Assembly (NCBI GenBank): GCA_050290185.1
Contig: JBNKHE010000003.1
Span: 96,001-160,000, forward strand
Direction of reading: 5' to 3'
DNA from: Pontiella sp.
GTDB lineage: Bacteria > Verrucomicrobiota > Kiritimatiellia > Kiritimatiellales > Pontiellaceae
DNA: 64,000 nt
This document shows positions 47,713-57,273 of the stretch, piece after piece. A program made the position numbers and the translations under genes. Position 1 is the stretch's first letter; every line of letters starts with the position of its first letter. The notes under the pieces are model-generated. The model saw nothing but the letters and a program-made list of their open reading frames with translations. It made no database searches and had not been told where the DNA came from.

Positions 47713-49815
47713 ATGTATATGAGTTCAGAGCCGGAGCAGCAATCAAGCACCCTTCATTTTCTTGACTATTGGCGTGTCATACGTTCGCGAAAAGAAATCG
47801 TTCTGGCTGTAGCAATCCTGGTTGTTATTACAGGTACCGTATATACCTTAATGCTTCCAAATATCTATGAATCACAAGTGAGAATATCCGTTTCTGAAGA
47901 CACTCCTCAGATCAATCCCTTTGCCGCACAACAATCGTATTATTATACCCAATACAATCCCTATTTCCTGCGTACACAGTTTGAAATAATCCAGTCAAAG
48001 CCCATTTTTGATGCTGTTATCAACCGGCTCAACCTGCAGGAAGAGTGGGGGCAGGATGGCGAAAATGTGGCGCGTGAAGTAGCACTTAAGATTTTGGAGA
48101 ACAGTATCGATGTTATTCAGGATAAAGATACTTCTTTGATTCGGATCATCGTACGAACAGACGACCCCGACGAGTCTGCTCGAATTGCCAATGAGCTGGC
48201 CGAAGTCTACAAGGATTCCCGCCTTGAAATTTCCAGCAAAGAGATTCGAGGCGCCCTTGATAACATGGAAGAATCGCTCAAGGAACAGTCCGAGCGCGTG
48301 CTTGCTGCAGAGAAAATGGTGCAGGAAATCAGGGAGTCAAAAGGTATCGCTACTCCCGGCGAGACCACTACGGATATTGATGATTTCCAAATGCAGCAGA
48401 TTCTTGGGGATCGTCTTGCGGCTCAAAAGATCATGGTCGATGCCGGCGAATCCTTGAAAATTCTGGAAGATATGAAGGACAAGGATTTGGTCGATGTGGC
48501 TGCAGCCATTACGCAGGATCCCTTGGTCATGAACTCGATCCAGCAAATACAGGACATTGAAGTTCAGCTTAGTTCTGTCAACGCGGATTTTGGTCCCAAT
48601 CATCCCGAGGTGCAGCGTTATAAGAATCAAAAGCTTCAGGCGGAACAAGCCCTGAAGGACCGCTTGCAGGGGTTGCGAAATCGTCTTCAAACCGAATATG
48701 ATCTGGCAAAAAACAGATTCAATAAACTTGATTCATTGCTGGAAAGTGTAAAGACGACGACTATCGAGGAGCAGGGGGAAAAATATCTGCCATTCCGGAA
48801 AGCCTTGGCTGACCTTGAAAATGAGCGCTTTATCTATAACCAGTTGAATTCCCGGCTCCGTCAGGAAATCATCACGATGAGCGTTCCTCGCCATCCCGTT
48901 GAGATTATTGATACTGCTGAGCCGAATCGTCGTCCTGTTAGTCCCAATCTGTTCATGAATGTGCTGCTGAGCATCTTTGTGGGCATGGGTGCTGGCGTAG
49001 GCCTTGCCTACTTTATCGAATATCTTGATACATCCATCAAGACGGCCGATGATATCGAACGGATTCTCGGTTTGCCTGTGCTGGGGCTTATTCCCCAGAA
49101 AGTCCGGCCATTGATTGAAGAAGGTCCTGACAGCGAACATGCCGAAGCCTACCGTGTTCTTAGAACGAATCTCGCGTTTACCGAGGGAGGGGCGCATCAC
49201 GGGGCGTTCTGTGTGTTGAGTAGTGGTGCCGGTGAAGGTAAGTCTACCACGGTATTTAATCTGGCGTTCGTTTGCGCCCAGCAGGGAGAAAAGGTACTGC
49301 TCATTGACGCTGACTTGCGTCGCCCTGTACAGCATAGCATTCTGGGCGTTTCCAACCGCTTCGGTTTGACCAATGTGTTGCTTCGGGATGTACCTGTTGA
49401 AGAAGCTATCAAGGCGACCAGCGTGCCCAATTTGCACTTCCTGCCCAGCGGACGGTTGCCTAGAACCTCATTGGGAATTCTTGATCCGAAGCGCATCGGC
49501 GAGCTGATCACCAGCCTGAAATCGAAATACGATGTCGTTCTGATCGACACGCCGCCGTTGGTGGGTATCAGCGACTCATCCATCATTGCGAAAGAGGCCG
49601 ATGGTGCTATCATTGTAGTACAATATCGCAAGTATCCCCGCGAAATGCTTGCAAAGGCGCGTCAGATGATTGATTCACTTGGTGTCAAGGTTGTGGGTGC
49701 TGTATTGAATAACATCAATGTGATGCGCGACGATTACTACTACTACTACCATTCGTATTATTCGGATTATTACCGCAGTACTCAGAGCGATCTCTCTGAT
49801 GGAAATGATCTTTAG
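47713..49815 (+). CDS. wzc: Wzc-type polysaccharide co-polymerase / BY-kinase
   Basis: Wzz-like N-terminus, coiled coil, PVSPN TM2, GEGKST, LIDADLRRP, IDTPP, Tyr cluster DDYYYYYHSYYSDYY. Confidence 0.93.
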   Translation: MYMSSEPEQQSSTLHFLDYWRVIRSRKEIVLAVAILVVITGTVYTLMLPNIYESQVRISVSEDTPQINPFAAQQSYYYTQYNPYFLRTQFEIIQSKPIFDAVINRLNLQEEWGQDGENVAREVALKILENSIDVIQDKDTSLIRIIVRTDDPDESARIANELAEVYKDSRLEISSKEIRGALDNMEESLKEQSERVLAAEKMVQEIRESKGIATPGETTTDIDDFQMQQILGDRLAAQKIMVDAGESLKILEDMKDKDLVDVAAAITQDPLVMNSIQQIQDIEVQLSSVNADFGPNHPEVQRYKNQKLQAEQALKDRLQGLRNRLQTEYDLAKNRFNKLDSLLESVKTTTIEEQGEKYLPFRKALADLENERFIYNQLNSRLRQEIITMSVPRHPVEIIDTAEPNRRPVSPNLFMNVLLSIFVGMGAGVGLAYFIEYLDTSIKTADDIERILGLPVLGLIPQKVRPLIEEGPDSEHAEAYRVLRTNLAFTEGGAHHGAFCVLSSGAGEGKSTTVFNLAFVCAQQGEKVLLIDADLRRPVQHSILGVSNRFGLTNVLLRDVPVEEAIKATSVPNLHFLPSGRLPRTSLGILDPKRIGELITSLKSKYDVVLIDTPPLVGISDSSIIAKEADGAIIVVQYRKYPREMLAKARQMIDSLGVKVVGAVLNNINVMRDDYYYYYHSYYSDYYRSTQSDLSDGNDL

Positions 49816-49844
49816 CAATAAATGTTTGAAAGAGGTTTGATAGA

Positions 49845-50483
49845 ATGATTCGAATTATATTTTTCCAACTGTTCATAGTAGCATCTATGCTGGTTTCTGG
49901 ATGTGTCGTTCAGCCCGTTAATGGCTCGTCGGTAGGGACTCCGGCTATCGGCGGCAACATGATCGATTCTGCGGCTCCGGGTGAGGCACCCGACACCCGC
50001 CAGATTAAGGCTTATGTACTGAAGCCTCAGGATCCGCTCTATATCCGTTTCAGCGGCATACAAGAACAACAGGTATTGGAAGTGGTGATCGATGAGAACG
50101 GTGAGATTAATCTATTGCATATCCATTCGCCGGTCATGGCTGCGGGACTTACCACTTCGGCGTTGGAAGACAAGATAGAGCGCCTGTACATCGATGGGGG
50201 AATCTACAAAACGGTGTCGGTCAACGTAACCATGACAGCGAAGGCCTACTATGTGCAGGGAGAGGTCAATGCACCGGGCAAGTTCCAGCTTACCAGTGGA
50301 ACGACGCTTATTCAAGCCATTGCCGAAGCCCGAGGTCCGACGCCATTTGCGAGCAAGAAGATTACCATTACACGGCAAGGACAAATCTATAAGTTCAACT
50401 GGAAGGAGCTCTTAGAGGATCCTTCGAAAGACGTAAAGATTGAAGCTGGCGACGTGATCAAGGTTTGGCAATCCTGGTACTAG
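49845..50483 (+). CDS. Short OPX (Wza-like, Poly_export plus one SLBB) lipoprotein
   Basis: Lipobox VSGC; IDENGEINL, AAGLT, YVQGEVNAPG, GDVIKV; no C-terminal membrane helix. Confidence 0.85.
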   Translation: MIRIIFFQLFIVASMLVSGCVVQPVNGSSVGTPAIGGNMIDSAAPGEAPDTRQIKAYVLKPQDPLYIRFSGIQEQQVLEVVIDENGEINLLHIHSPVMAAGLTTSALEDKIERLYIDGGIYKTVSVNVTMTAKAYYVQGEVNAPGKFQLTSGTTLIQAIAEARGPTPFASKKITITRQGQIYKFNWKELLEDPSKDVKIEAGDVIKVWQSWY

Positions 50484-50510
50484 GCATCACGTCTAAACGC
50501 CGCGAATCCC

Positions 50511-51143
50511 ATGGATAAGCCCCTGTCAAAGGCTAAGCGTATCGGTATCATTGGCGGTTCTTTTGATCCGGTGCATATTGGCCATTTAATCATTGCGCAG
50601 GATGCCCTTGAACGTTTGGAACTGGATGAGGTCGTCTTTGTTCCGGCGGCTATTCCGCCGCACAAGCAGCACCTTCAGCAGGTTGCTCCAAAGCATCGTT
50701 TGAACATGCTCAAACTGGTAACGGAGACCGATCTGCGTTTCTCGGTGTCCGATCTGGAGATTCTTCGAGGTGGCGTGTCATACACGCTGGATACGGTGAA
50801 GTTGCTTCGGGAAGAGCGTCCGGGTGTTGAGTGGGTTTTAATTGTCGGTAGCGATACGCTGGTGGATCTTCATAACTGGTACAAGATTGACGAACTTCTA
50901 GAGCTGTGCGAGGTTGCATCGTTCCTGCGACCAGGCGAAAGTTCAGTGGATGCAATCGTCAGGAAAATCAAGCTGTCAACGGATCGGAAAGAGCGATTAC
51001 TCGCTAATTTAATTGAAGCGCATTTGATCGAGATTTCTTCAACGGAGATTCGTATGCGGGTCGCCGAAGGGCTGGGAATTCGTTATCTGGTTCCTCCGGA
51101 GGTTGAAATGTATATTTGTGAACATGGTTTATATCGGGGATGA
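50511..51143 (+). CDS. nadD: Nicotinate-nucleotide adenylyltransferase
   Basis: GGSFDPVHIGH, PPHK, SYTLDT, ISSTEIR. Confidence 0.96.
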   Translation: MDKPLSKAKRIGIIGGSFDPVHIGHLIIAQDALERLELDEVVFVPAAIPPHKQHLQQVAPKHRLNMLKLVTETDLRFSVSDLEILRGGVSYTLDTVKLLREERPGVEWVLIVGSDTLVDLHNWYKIDELLELCEVASFLRPGESSVDAIVRKIKLSTDRKERLLANLIEAHLIEISSTEIRMRVAEGLGIRYLVPPEVEMYICEHGLYRG

Positions 51144-51505
51144 GGCTGGATGTGGAACAGGAAATAGAAATCATAAATGAGATTGTTGCGTTTTTTGATG
51201 AGCGTAAGGCCGAGGATGTTGTTGTGCTGGATCTGCGCCAGCATGCGAATATTGCGGACTATTTCATCATTGCCACCGGGGCGAACAAACCCCACTTGAA
51301 GGCGCTCTATGACGGCTTACAGCATTGTTTCAAGGAGGCCGGCTTCAAGGATTATCAAAAGGCGGGAGTTCCTGAAAGTGGCTGGATGATCATGGATTAC
51401 CAGGGCATCATGGTTCATATTTTTGAGCGGGATTTGCGCGACTTCTACGATCTGGAAAAGTTGTGGAAGGACGCACCGAGAATGGACGTGGAGGTTGGCG
51501 AGTAA
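51140..51505 (+). CDS. rsfS: Ribosomal silencing factor (Iojap)
   Basis: KAEDVVVLDL, DYFIIATG, WMIMDY, FYDLEKLW. Confidence 0.93.
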   Translation: MRLDVEQEIEIINEIVAFFDERKAEDVVVLDLRQHANIADYFIIATGANKPHLKALYDGLQHCFKEAGFKDYQKAGVPESGWMIMDYQGIMVHIFERDLRDFYDLEKLWKDAPRMDVEVGE

Positions 51506-52905
51506 TGGCATTCAGAGTTTACAATACCATGAGCCGTGTGAAGGAGGAATTGACCCCTCTCGACGGCAAGCATGTGCGTATGTACACGTGTGGCCCGACC
51601 GTGTACAACTATGCTCATATCGGAAACTTCCGTGCCTACATGTTCGAAGATCTTCTCCGGCGTTACATTAAGTTTTGCGGTTTTGAGGTTACCCAGGTAC
51701 AGAACCTGACCGATGTGGATGATAAAACGATCCGTGCGTCCATTCAAGAGGGCCTCCCGCTCAAAGAATACACAAAGAAGTACATCGACGCTTTTTTTGA
51801 AGATTTAGCAAAGCTCAACATTGAACCTGCGGAGCACTATCCCGCGGCGACCGATTATGTGCCGGAAATGATCCAGCTGATTGAGACGCTTTTCGAGAAG
51901 GGCTATGCCTACCAGTCGGATGATGGTTCTGTGTATTACAGCATCGACAAATTTTCCGAGTACGGCAAACTCGCGCATCTAGACCGCGAAGGGATGAAGG
52001 CAGGGGCACGTGTGGCGCAGGATGAATACGATAAAGACAATGCCGCCGATTTCGCCCTCTGGAAGGCGTATGTTCCGGAAGATGGCGATGTGGTCTGGGA
52101 TTCTCCGTGGGGTAAAGGGCGTCCCGGTTGGCATATCGAATGTTCGGCTATGAGTATGAAACTGCTGGGCGAAAGTTTCGATATCCATACCGGCGGGGTC
52201 GATAACATTTTTCCACATCACGAAGATGAAATAGCCCAGTCGGAAGCCGCGTCCGGCAAGCCGTATGCAAAATACTGGATGCATTGCGGATACTTGGTGG
52301 TCGACGGAAAGAAGATGAGCAAGTCGCTTGGCAATTTCCATACGTTGCGCGAAGTTCTCGATATGGGCTACACCGGCCGGGAGGTGCGCTATGAACTGCT
52401 TTCTTCGCATTACCGCCAATCTCTAAACTTTGCGTTCAAGTCGCTGGATGCCAATCGCGCGGCACTGAAACGCCTCGACGAGTTCTATGCCAACATACTC
52501 GAGGCTGTTGGCGGCGAAACCGTTATGGGAGAACTGCCCGCATGGGCTGTCGAAACCCGCAAAAATTTTACCGCGGCGATGGATGACGACATGAACATTT
52601 CCGGGGCCATGGCTGCTGTCTTCGATACCGTTCACGCAGGCAATAAAGCCTTAGCGGAACAACCCCTGTCCGGCGCGGAAGCGCTTGCCGTGGCCAATCT
52701 TTGGAAGGAGCTCGACTCTGTGCTGGGTATACTCATACACCAGGAAGAGGCGATTCCCGCCGAAGTGCTGGAGCTGCTTGACGCCCGCACCGTGGCGCGC
52801 ACTGAAAAAAACTGGGCGGAATCGGACCGGATTCGCGATGCATTGGCTGAACAGGGCTGGACCGTGAAGGATACCCCTGAAGGCCCAAAACTCAGAAAAC
52901 TCTAG
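51505..52905 (+). CDS. cysS: Cysteine-tRNA ligase
   Basis: CGPTVY, HIGN, GRPGWHIECS, FPHHE, KMSKS. Confidence 0.98.
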   Translation: MAFRVYNTMSRVKEELTPLDGKHVRMYTCGPTVYNYAHIGNFRAYMFEDLLRRYIKFCGFEVTQVQNLTDVDDKTIRASIQEGLPLKEYTKKYIDAFFEDLAKLNIEPAEHYPAATDYVPEMIQLIETLFEKGYAYQSDDGSVYYSIDKFSEYGKLAHLDREGMKAGARVAQDEYDKDNAADFALWKAYVPEDGDVVWDSPWGKGRPGWHIECSAMSMKLLGESFDIHTGGVDNIFPHHEDEIAQSEAASGKPYAKYWMHCGYLVVDGKKMSKSLGNFHTLREVLDMGYTGREVRYELLSSHYRQSLNFAFKSLDANRAALKRLDEFYANILEAVGGETVMGELPAWAVETRKNFTAAMDDDMNISGAMAAVFDTVHAGNKALAEQPLSGAEALAVANLWKELDSVLGILIHQEEAIPAEVLELLDARTVARTEKNWAESDRIRDALAEQGWTVKDTPEGPKLRKL

Positions 52906-52907
52906 CC

Positions 52908-53546
52908 ATGAACGGGAAATTCATCACGTTCGAAGGTCCCGAAGGTAGCGGAAAGTCCACACAGATTCGCCTGTTGGCAGAAAAACTTGAGGCGAAGGGG
53001 AAACGGGTGAGTTGCACGCGCGAGCCTGGCGGAACCGCCACGGGTGAAGCTATTCGCAATATCCTGCAGTACGATGCGGTCGGGGAATCGTTGGCTGACC
53101 GGACGGAGCTGCTGCTTTTCACGGCCAGCCGCGCACAGCTGATGGACCAGATGATTCTTCCTGCACTGCATCGGGGTGAATGGGTTTTGTGTGACCGGTT
53201 CATAGATTCCACCATGGCCTATCAGGGTTTTGCGCGCGGCATGGATAGGGACACGCTGTATCGCCTCAACGATTTTGCCATCTACGGACGTAAACCGGAT
53301 CTGACCCTGCTGCTGGATCTTCCCGTTGAGCGAGGCTTTGATCGGTTGAAACATCGTTATGCAGATGGCGCAGGCTCTGCCGACCGTTTTGAACGTGAAG
53401 CCCGCGAATTCCACGATCGTGTCCGGGATGGTTACCACCAGCTTGCCGAGCGCGAACCTGAACGTTTCCGCATGGTCGATTCGGACCGTGCCATAGACGT
53501 TGTTTCGAATGAGATTTGGACCATGGTAAAGGATGCATTGCTGTAA
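52908..53546 (+). CDS. tmk: Thymidylate kinase
   Basis: FEGPEGSGKST, TREPGG, CDRFIDSTMAYQG. Confidence 0.96.
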   Translation: MNGKFITFEGPEGSGKSTQIRLLAEKLEAKGKRVSCTREPGGTATGEAIRNILQYDAVGESLADRTELLLFTASRAQLMDQMILPALHRGEWVLCDRFIDSTMAYQGFARGMDRDTLYRLNDFAIYGRKPDLTLLLDLPVERGFDRLKHRYADGAGSADRFEREAREFHDRVRDGYHQLAEREPERFRMVDSDRAIDVVSNEIWTMVKDALL

Positions 53547-54532
53547 TGATGGATCCGACCGACCTGCATGCTGAAGCTTGGGAAGGGATTCGAACAGGAT
53601 TTGAATCGGGACGGCTGGCGCATGCCTACGTGATTGTCGGATCCCCTCGCGGCAATGCATTGCAGTTTGCGGAATCATTTTTAAAGCTCCTTTTTTGCGA
53701 GTGTGCGGACCGGCCTTGCAACGCGTGCGTAGCCTGCCGCCAGATTGAGGAGCACAAGCACTCGGATACACTCTGGTTGGAGCCGCAGAGCAAGGCGCGC
53801 CAAATCAAGGCCGATGATGTTCGGGTTTTGGTGCGCCGGATATCGCAGACCTCGTTTGAGGGGGGGTGGAAAGCCGGTATCATTTTGGCCGCCGATTGTA
53901 TGAATACCCAATCGGCGAACATTCTCTTGAAAACCCTGGAGGAACCTCCGCCAAAAACATTACTTCTGCTGGTGACGGATTCTCCGCAGAGTTTACTTCC
54001 GACCATCGTGTCGCGCTGCCAGCGGATCGTGTTGTCAACGGGAGGCGATGGAGTGTCGGATGCGGATTGGCGCGCACCTTTGATGGAGATTCTCTATGAT
54101 CTCCCTCCAGCTGGCGGCCTTTCGGCATCTCGGTTGGCCAGTCAGATGAAGGGACTGTTTGATGGGGTCAAGACTGGGATATCGGAGGCGGTGCAAGCGG
54201 ATTTGGGGCAGAGCGAAGAAGCCCTTGATGAATCGAAGGTTAAAGACATTCTTGCGGCTCGCACAAACGCCAAACTAAAGGAAGTGCAGTCCGATGTGTT
54301 CCGGGAAATGCTTGATTGGCAAAGGGATGTTCTCATGCTGGTCAGCGGTGTTGACGCACGGCATCTTATTTTTTCCGATGAGGAAGAGGCGCTTTCAACC
54401 CAGGCAAAACTCCATACCCGGAATTCGGCCATGAAGGCGGTTCAGGTTGTGGAAGGAATGGCACAACGATTGGACCGCAACATTCCCGGCTTGCAGATCT
54501 TCGACGAGGCTTTTCGCCGGTTGGTTATTTAG
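53546..54532 (+). CDS. holB: DNA polymerase III delta' subunit
   Basis: RLAHAY, Zn module C..C..C..C, ANILLKTLEEPP, PTIVSRC; follows tmk. Confidence 0.92.
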   Translation: MMDPTDLHAEAWEGIRTGFESGRLAHAYVIVGSPRGNALQFAESFLKLLFCECADRPCNACVACRQIEEHKHSDTLWLEPQSKARQIKADDVRVLVRRISQTSFEGGWKAGIILAADCMNTQSANILLKTLEEPPPKTLLLLVTDSPQSLLPTIVSRCQRIVLSTGGDGVSDADWRAPLMEILYDLPPAGGLSASRLASQMKGLFDGVKTGISEAVQADLGQSEEALDESKVKDILAARTNAKLKEVQSDVFREMLDWQRDVLMLVSGVDARHLIFSDEEEALSTQAKLHTRNSAMKAVQVVEGMAQRLDRNIPGLQIFDEAFRRLVI

Positions 54533-54979
54533 CTAGTTCGCCAATCGCTGCACGAGAGCTCGTAGAGCAAGGGTGTAGCCGAATCCCTGGAAGCCCATGA
54601 TTTGTCCAATACAGGCAGGAGCCGTCAGGCTTTTGTGGCGGATCTCCTCTCGCTTGTGGGTATTGCTTAAATGGATTTCCACCGCAGGAACTTCGTCGGC
54701 AACGGCTTTGAGCGCATCGCAAACCCCAAGGCTGGTGTGGGTGAGGGCGGCTGGATTGATGATAATGCCATCATACGTTCCCCGAGTTTCGCCAATCCAT
54801 GTGATGAGTTCGGCTTCGGAATTCGATTGACGGAATACAATCTCAATCTTTCCGCTGAGCTGTGCGGCACATACATTCATTTCCGCTTCGATATCGGACA
54901 GTGTTTCCCTTCCGTAAATCTCAGGTTCACGGGTTCCAAGCAGGTTGAGGTTTGGGCCATTCAGCACAAGTATCTTCAT
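54533..54979 (-). CDS. aroQ: Type II 3-dehydroquinate dehydratase
   Basis: LNGPNLNLLGTREPEIYG, INPAALTHTS, EIHLSN. Confidence 0.96.
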   Translation of the reverse strand: MKILVLNGPNLNLLGTREPEIYGRETLSDIEAEMNVCAAQLSGKIEIVFRQSNSEAELITWIGETRGTYDGIIINPAALTHTSLGVCDALKAVADEVPAVEIHLSNTHKREEIRHKSLTAPACIGQIMGFQGFGYTLALRALVQRLAN

Positions 54980-55010
54980 TTCGTTCTCCAAAAGGTTGGG
55001 AAAAGGTAAA

Positions 55011-55628
55011 TCAGTCGTCGTCCGGAAACAAGAATAGATCGGTCTGCACATCAGCGGGGGCAAGACAGGCGGGATCATCGTGGGTCACGGAGTTCACCCG
55101 CCGGGAAACGGGATGCGCCTCGAGTGCTACTGTTTTTTTAGGAATGTGAAAACGCTCAAGCCAATGATGCCAGTCCGCTTGGGTGAATATCAGGGGCATC
55201 CGGTCGTGGATGCCCCGTATGTTTGCATCCGCGGATCGGGTAATGATGACGCATCGATCGTTAAGCCACAGGCCGGCGAAGGCGAAGATGCGTTTTTCGG
55301 CGGTTTCGAAGCAGTAGGGTTGTTTCCCTTTCCACTCATAGAAACCATTGGCAGGAATGAGGCAGCGGTTGTTTGAGAGGAGACGGTTGAACATGGGACG
55401 CTCAGTCAGTGTTTCGGAGCGGGCATTGATGACGGGAGCGTGGGCATGTGGATGGGAAAAGCCCCAGATGGATTCTCCGGCGCAGTCGGGCCGATCCTGC
55501 CGTATGATGGCGACTTTTTGGGTGGGGGCAATATTGTAGCGGCGATGGAATAGTGGCGGGAGTTCAATTTCGCCAAGTTCCTGGAGAACCTCCTCCCGAC
55601 TTTTGGTTTGGGTAAATCGTCCGCACAT
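55011..55628 (-). CDS. SRAP (YedK/HMCES) abasic-site protein
   Basis: MCGRF, YNIAPTQ, INARSET, GFYEW, IHDRMP. Confidence 0.92.
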   Translation of the reverse strand: MCGRFTQTKSREEVLQELGEIELPPLFHRRYNIAPTQKVAIIRQDRPDCAGESIWGFSHPHAHAPVINARSETLTERPMFNRLLSNNRCLIPANGFYEWKGKQPYCFETAEKRIFAFAGLWLNDRCVIITRSADANIRGIHDRMPLIFTQADWHHWLERFHIPKKTVALEAHPVSRRVNSVTHDDPACLAPADVQTDLFLFPDDD

Positions 55629-55764
55629 GGATTACAGATTAATCCTGAAAACGCGGGAATCAACTCGAATCGCTTAACTTGCGTAATAAGTTATGCTTAA
55701 AACATATTGTTTATCTAGTATTCTGGGTTAATGTTTGACCATTAATGCGATTTAGGAGGATTGC

Positions 55765-56646
55765 ATGAAACTTGTTCGTTTTGGAGCCAAAGGAAGGGAG
55801 CGTCCTGGTATCTGGTTGGGTGACGGCCGGATTCTGGACGTGCGTGCATTGGCATTCCACATTGAAGACTATGACGAACATTTCTTTGCGATGGACGGAT
55901 TCCGGCTGCTTGAGGCTTTGCTTGCAGATCCCGGTGCCCGGTTTGTTGATGCGGACCGAGTACGTCTCGGTTCACCGATTGCCCGACCGTCCAAGATTAT
56001 CTGTGTCGGAGCAAATTATTCTGATCATGCCAAGGAGTTCGGACATGCCGTTCCAACGGAGCCGATCCTGTTTTCAAAGGCGCCGTCTGCCTTGAACGGG
56101 CCTTTCGACCCGATTGTGTTACCGTTGGAGTCACAGGTGGTGGATAGCGAAGCCGAGCTGGCGGTCGTGATCGGGCGAACGGCCTCGAAGGTGGCGAAGG
56201 CGGATGCTCTGGATTTTGTGGCCGGTTATACCGTCCTGAACGACGTGACCGAACGGGTGGTCCAAAAGACCAATGGCCAATGGTTTCGGGGCAAGGGCTT
56301 TGATACGTTTTGTCCGATGGGGCCTTTTCTTGTAACGCCCGATGAACTGCCGGATATTGGGGATTTGTCCGTTTGGCAACGCTTTAACGGGCAGATACTC
56401 CAGCAGGGAAATACCGCTGATATGATGTTTGATATCCAATTCCTGATTGAGTATGTCTCGCGGGGGATGACGCTGCTTCCGGGGGATGTGATTTCGACCG
56501 GAACTCCCTCTGGAATCGGTTCGGCACGCAAGCCGCAGGTGCTGATGTCGGACGGCGATGAGGTGGAAGTTGGCGTGGATGGCTTAGGTGCACAGTGCTG
56601 CAGGATCGTATCTCAGGAAATTGCAACCGATTCGGGAAATTCATGA
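55765..56646 (+). CDS. Fumarylacetoacetate hydrolase family protein
   Basis: KIICVGANYSDH, EAELAVVIG, NDVTER, GKGFDTF, GDVISTGTP. Confidence 0.92.
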   Translation: MKLVRFGAKGRERPGIWLGDGRILDVRALAFHIEDYDEHFFAMDGFRLLEALLADPGARFVDADRVRLGSPIARPSKIICVGANYSDHAKEFGHAVPTEPILFSKAPSALNGPFDPIVLPLESQVVDSEAELAVVIGRTASKVAKADALDFVAGYTVLNDVTERVVQKTNGQWFRGKGFDTFCPMGPFLVTPDELPDIGDLSVWQRFNGQILQQGNTADMMFDIQFLIEYVSRGMTLLPGDVISTGTPSGIGSARKPQVLMSDGDEVEVGVDGLGAQCCRIVSQEIATDSGNS

Positions 56647-57182
56647 TGAGAGCGGTACTTTTAGCGGGAATCGTGGTCGCCGCAACGTGTGACGTTTCTT
56701 CGGCTGCCGGTTTGTTGCGTAATGCCGGGTTTGAATCCCAGGATTTTACGGGATGGGTTACGAGCGGCAAGGGCTGGACCATTGATAAAGACGTGGTAGC
56801 TGAAGGTACCTGTTCCGCGCTGTGCACCGTTGGCAAGGGAGAGAAGGCGGGAACGCGTGCCTGCCTCCAGAAAATCACTGGAATCGAGGCCAACAGGATT
56901 ATTCAGGTCTCACTGGATGTCTCCGGTACCAATGTTGCACGGACCCCGAACTCCAAAGCCTGTCTGGCCATTCTATGTGTGGATGCCGGCGGCAATGTGC
57001 TCAAGGAATACCGGGCCAGCGTCATCAAGCCGACGAATGCTTTCCAGGAACTAAAAATCGATGATGCTATCGTTCTGCCGACTACCGCCCAGGTCTATGT
57101 CATGCTTGTCGTGGAAGTGTACCAAACGGCATCGAATGACGATTGGTGGCGTTTCGACAACGTGAAGATCGATATTCTCTGA
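56643..57182 (+). CDS. Secreted galactose-binding/CBM-like jelly-roll protein
   Basis: Signal peptide; LLRNAGFE...W and terminal FDNVKI; ATGA-coupled to the FAH gene. Confidence 0.65.
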   Translation: MMRAVLLAGIVVAATCDVSSAAGLLRNAGFESQDFTGWVTSGKGWTIDKDVVAEGTCSALCTVGKGEKAGTRACLQKITGIEANRIIQVSLDVSGTNVARTPNSKACLAILCVDAGGNVLKEYRASVIKPTNAFQELKIDDAIVLPTTAQVYVMLVVEVYQTASNDDWWRFDNVKIDIL

Positions 57183-57273
57183 GCCAATCCGACAAACGGT
57201 GCTTCCTTGCCTTGGAAAGGATTGATTTATTGCAACTGTCTGCCAAAATCTCCCCGCATTTTTAATTGGAGAA

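Noticed and set aside
49729..49775. TAC/TAT trinucleotide run as a contingency repeat
   Set aside because: It encodes the normal Wzc C-terminal tyrosine cluster.
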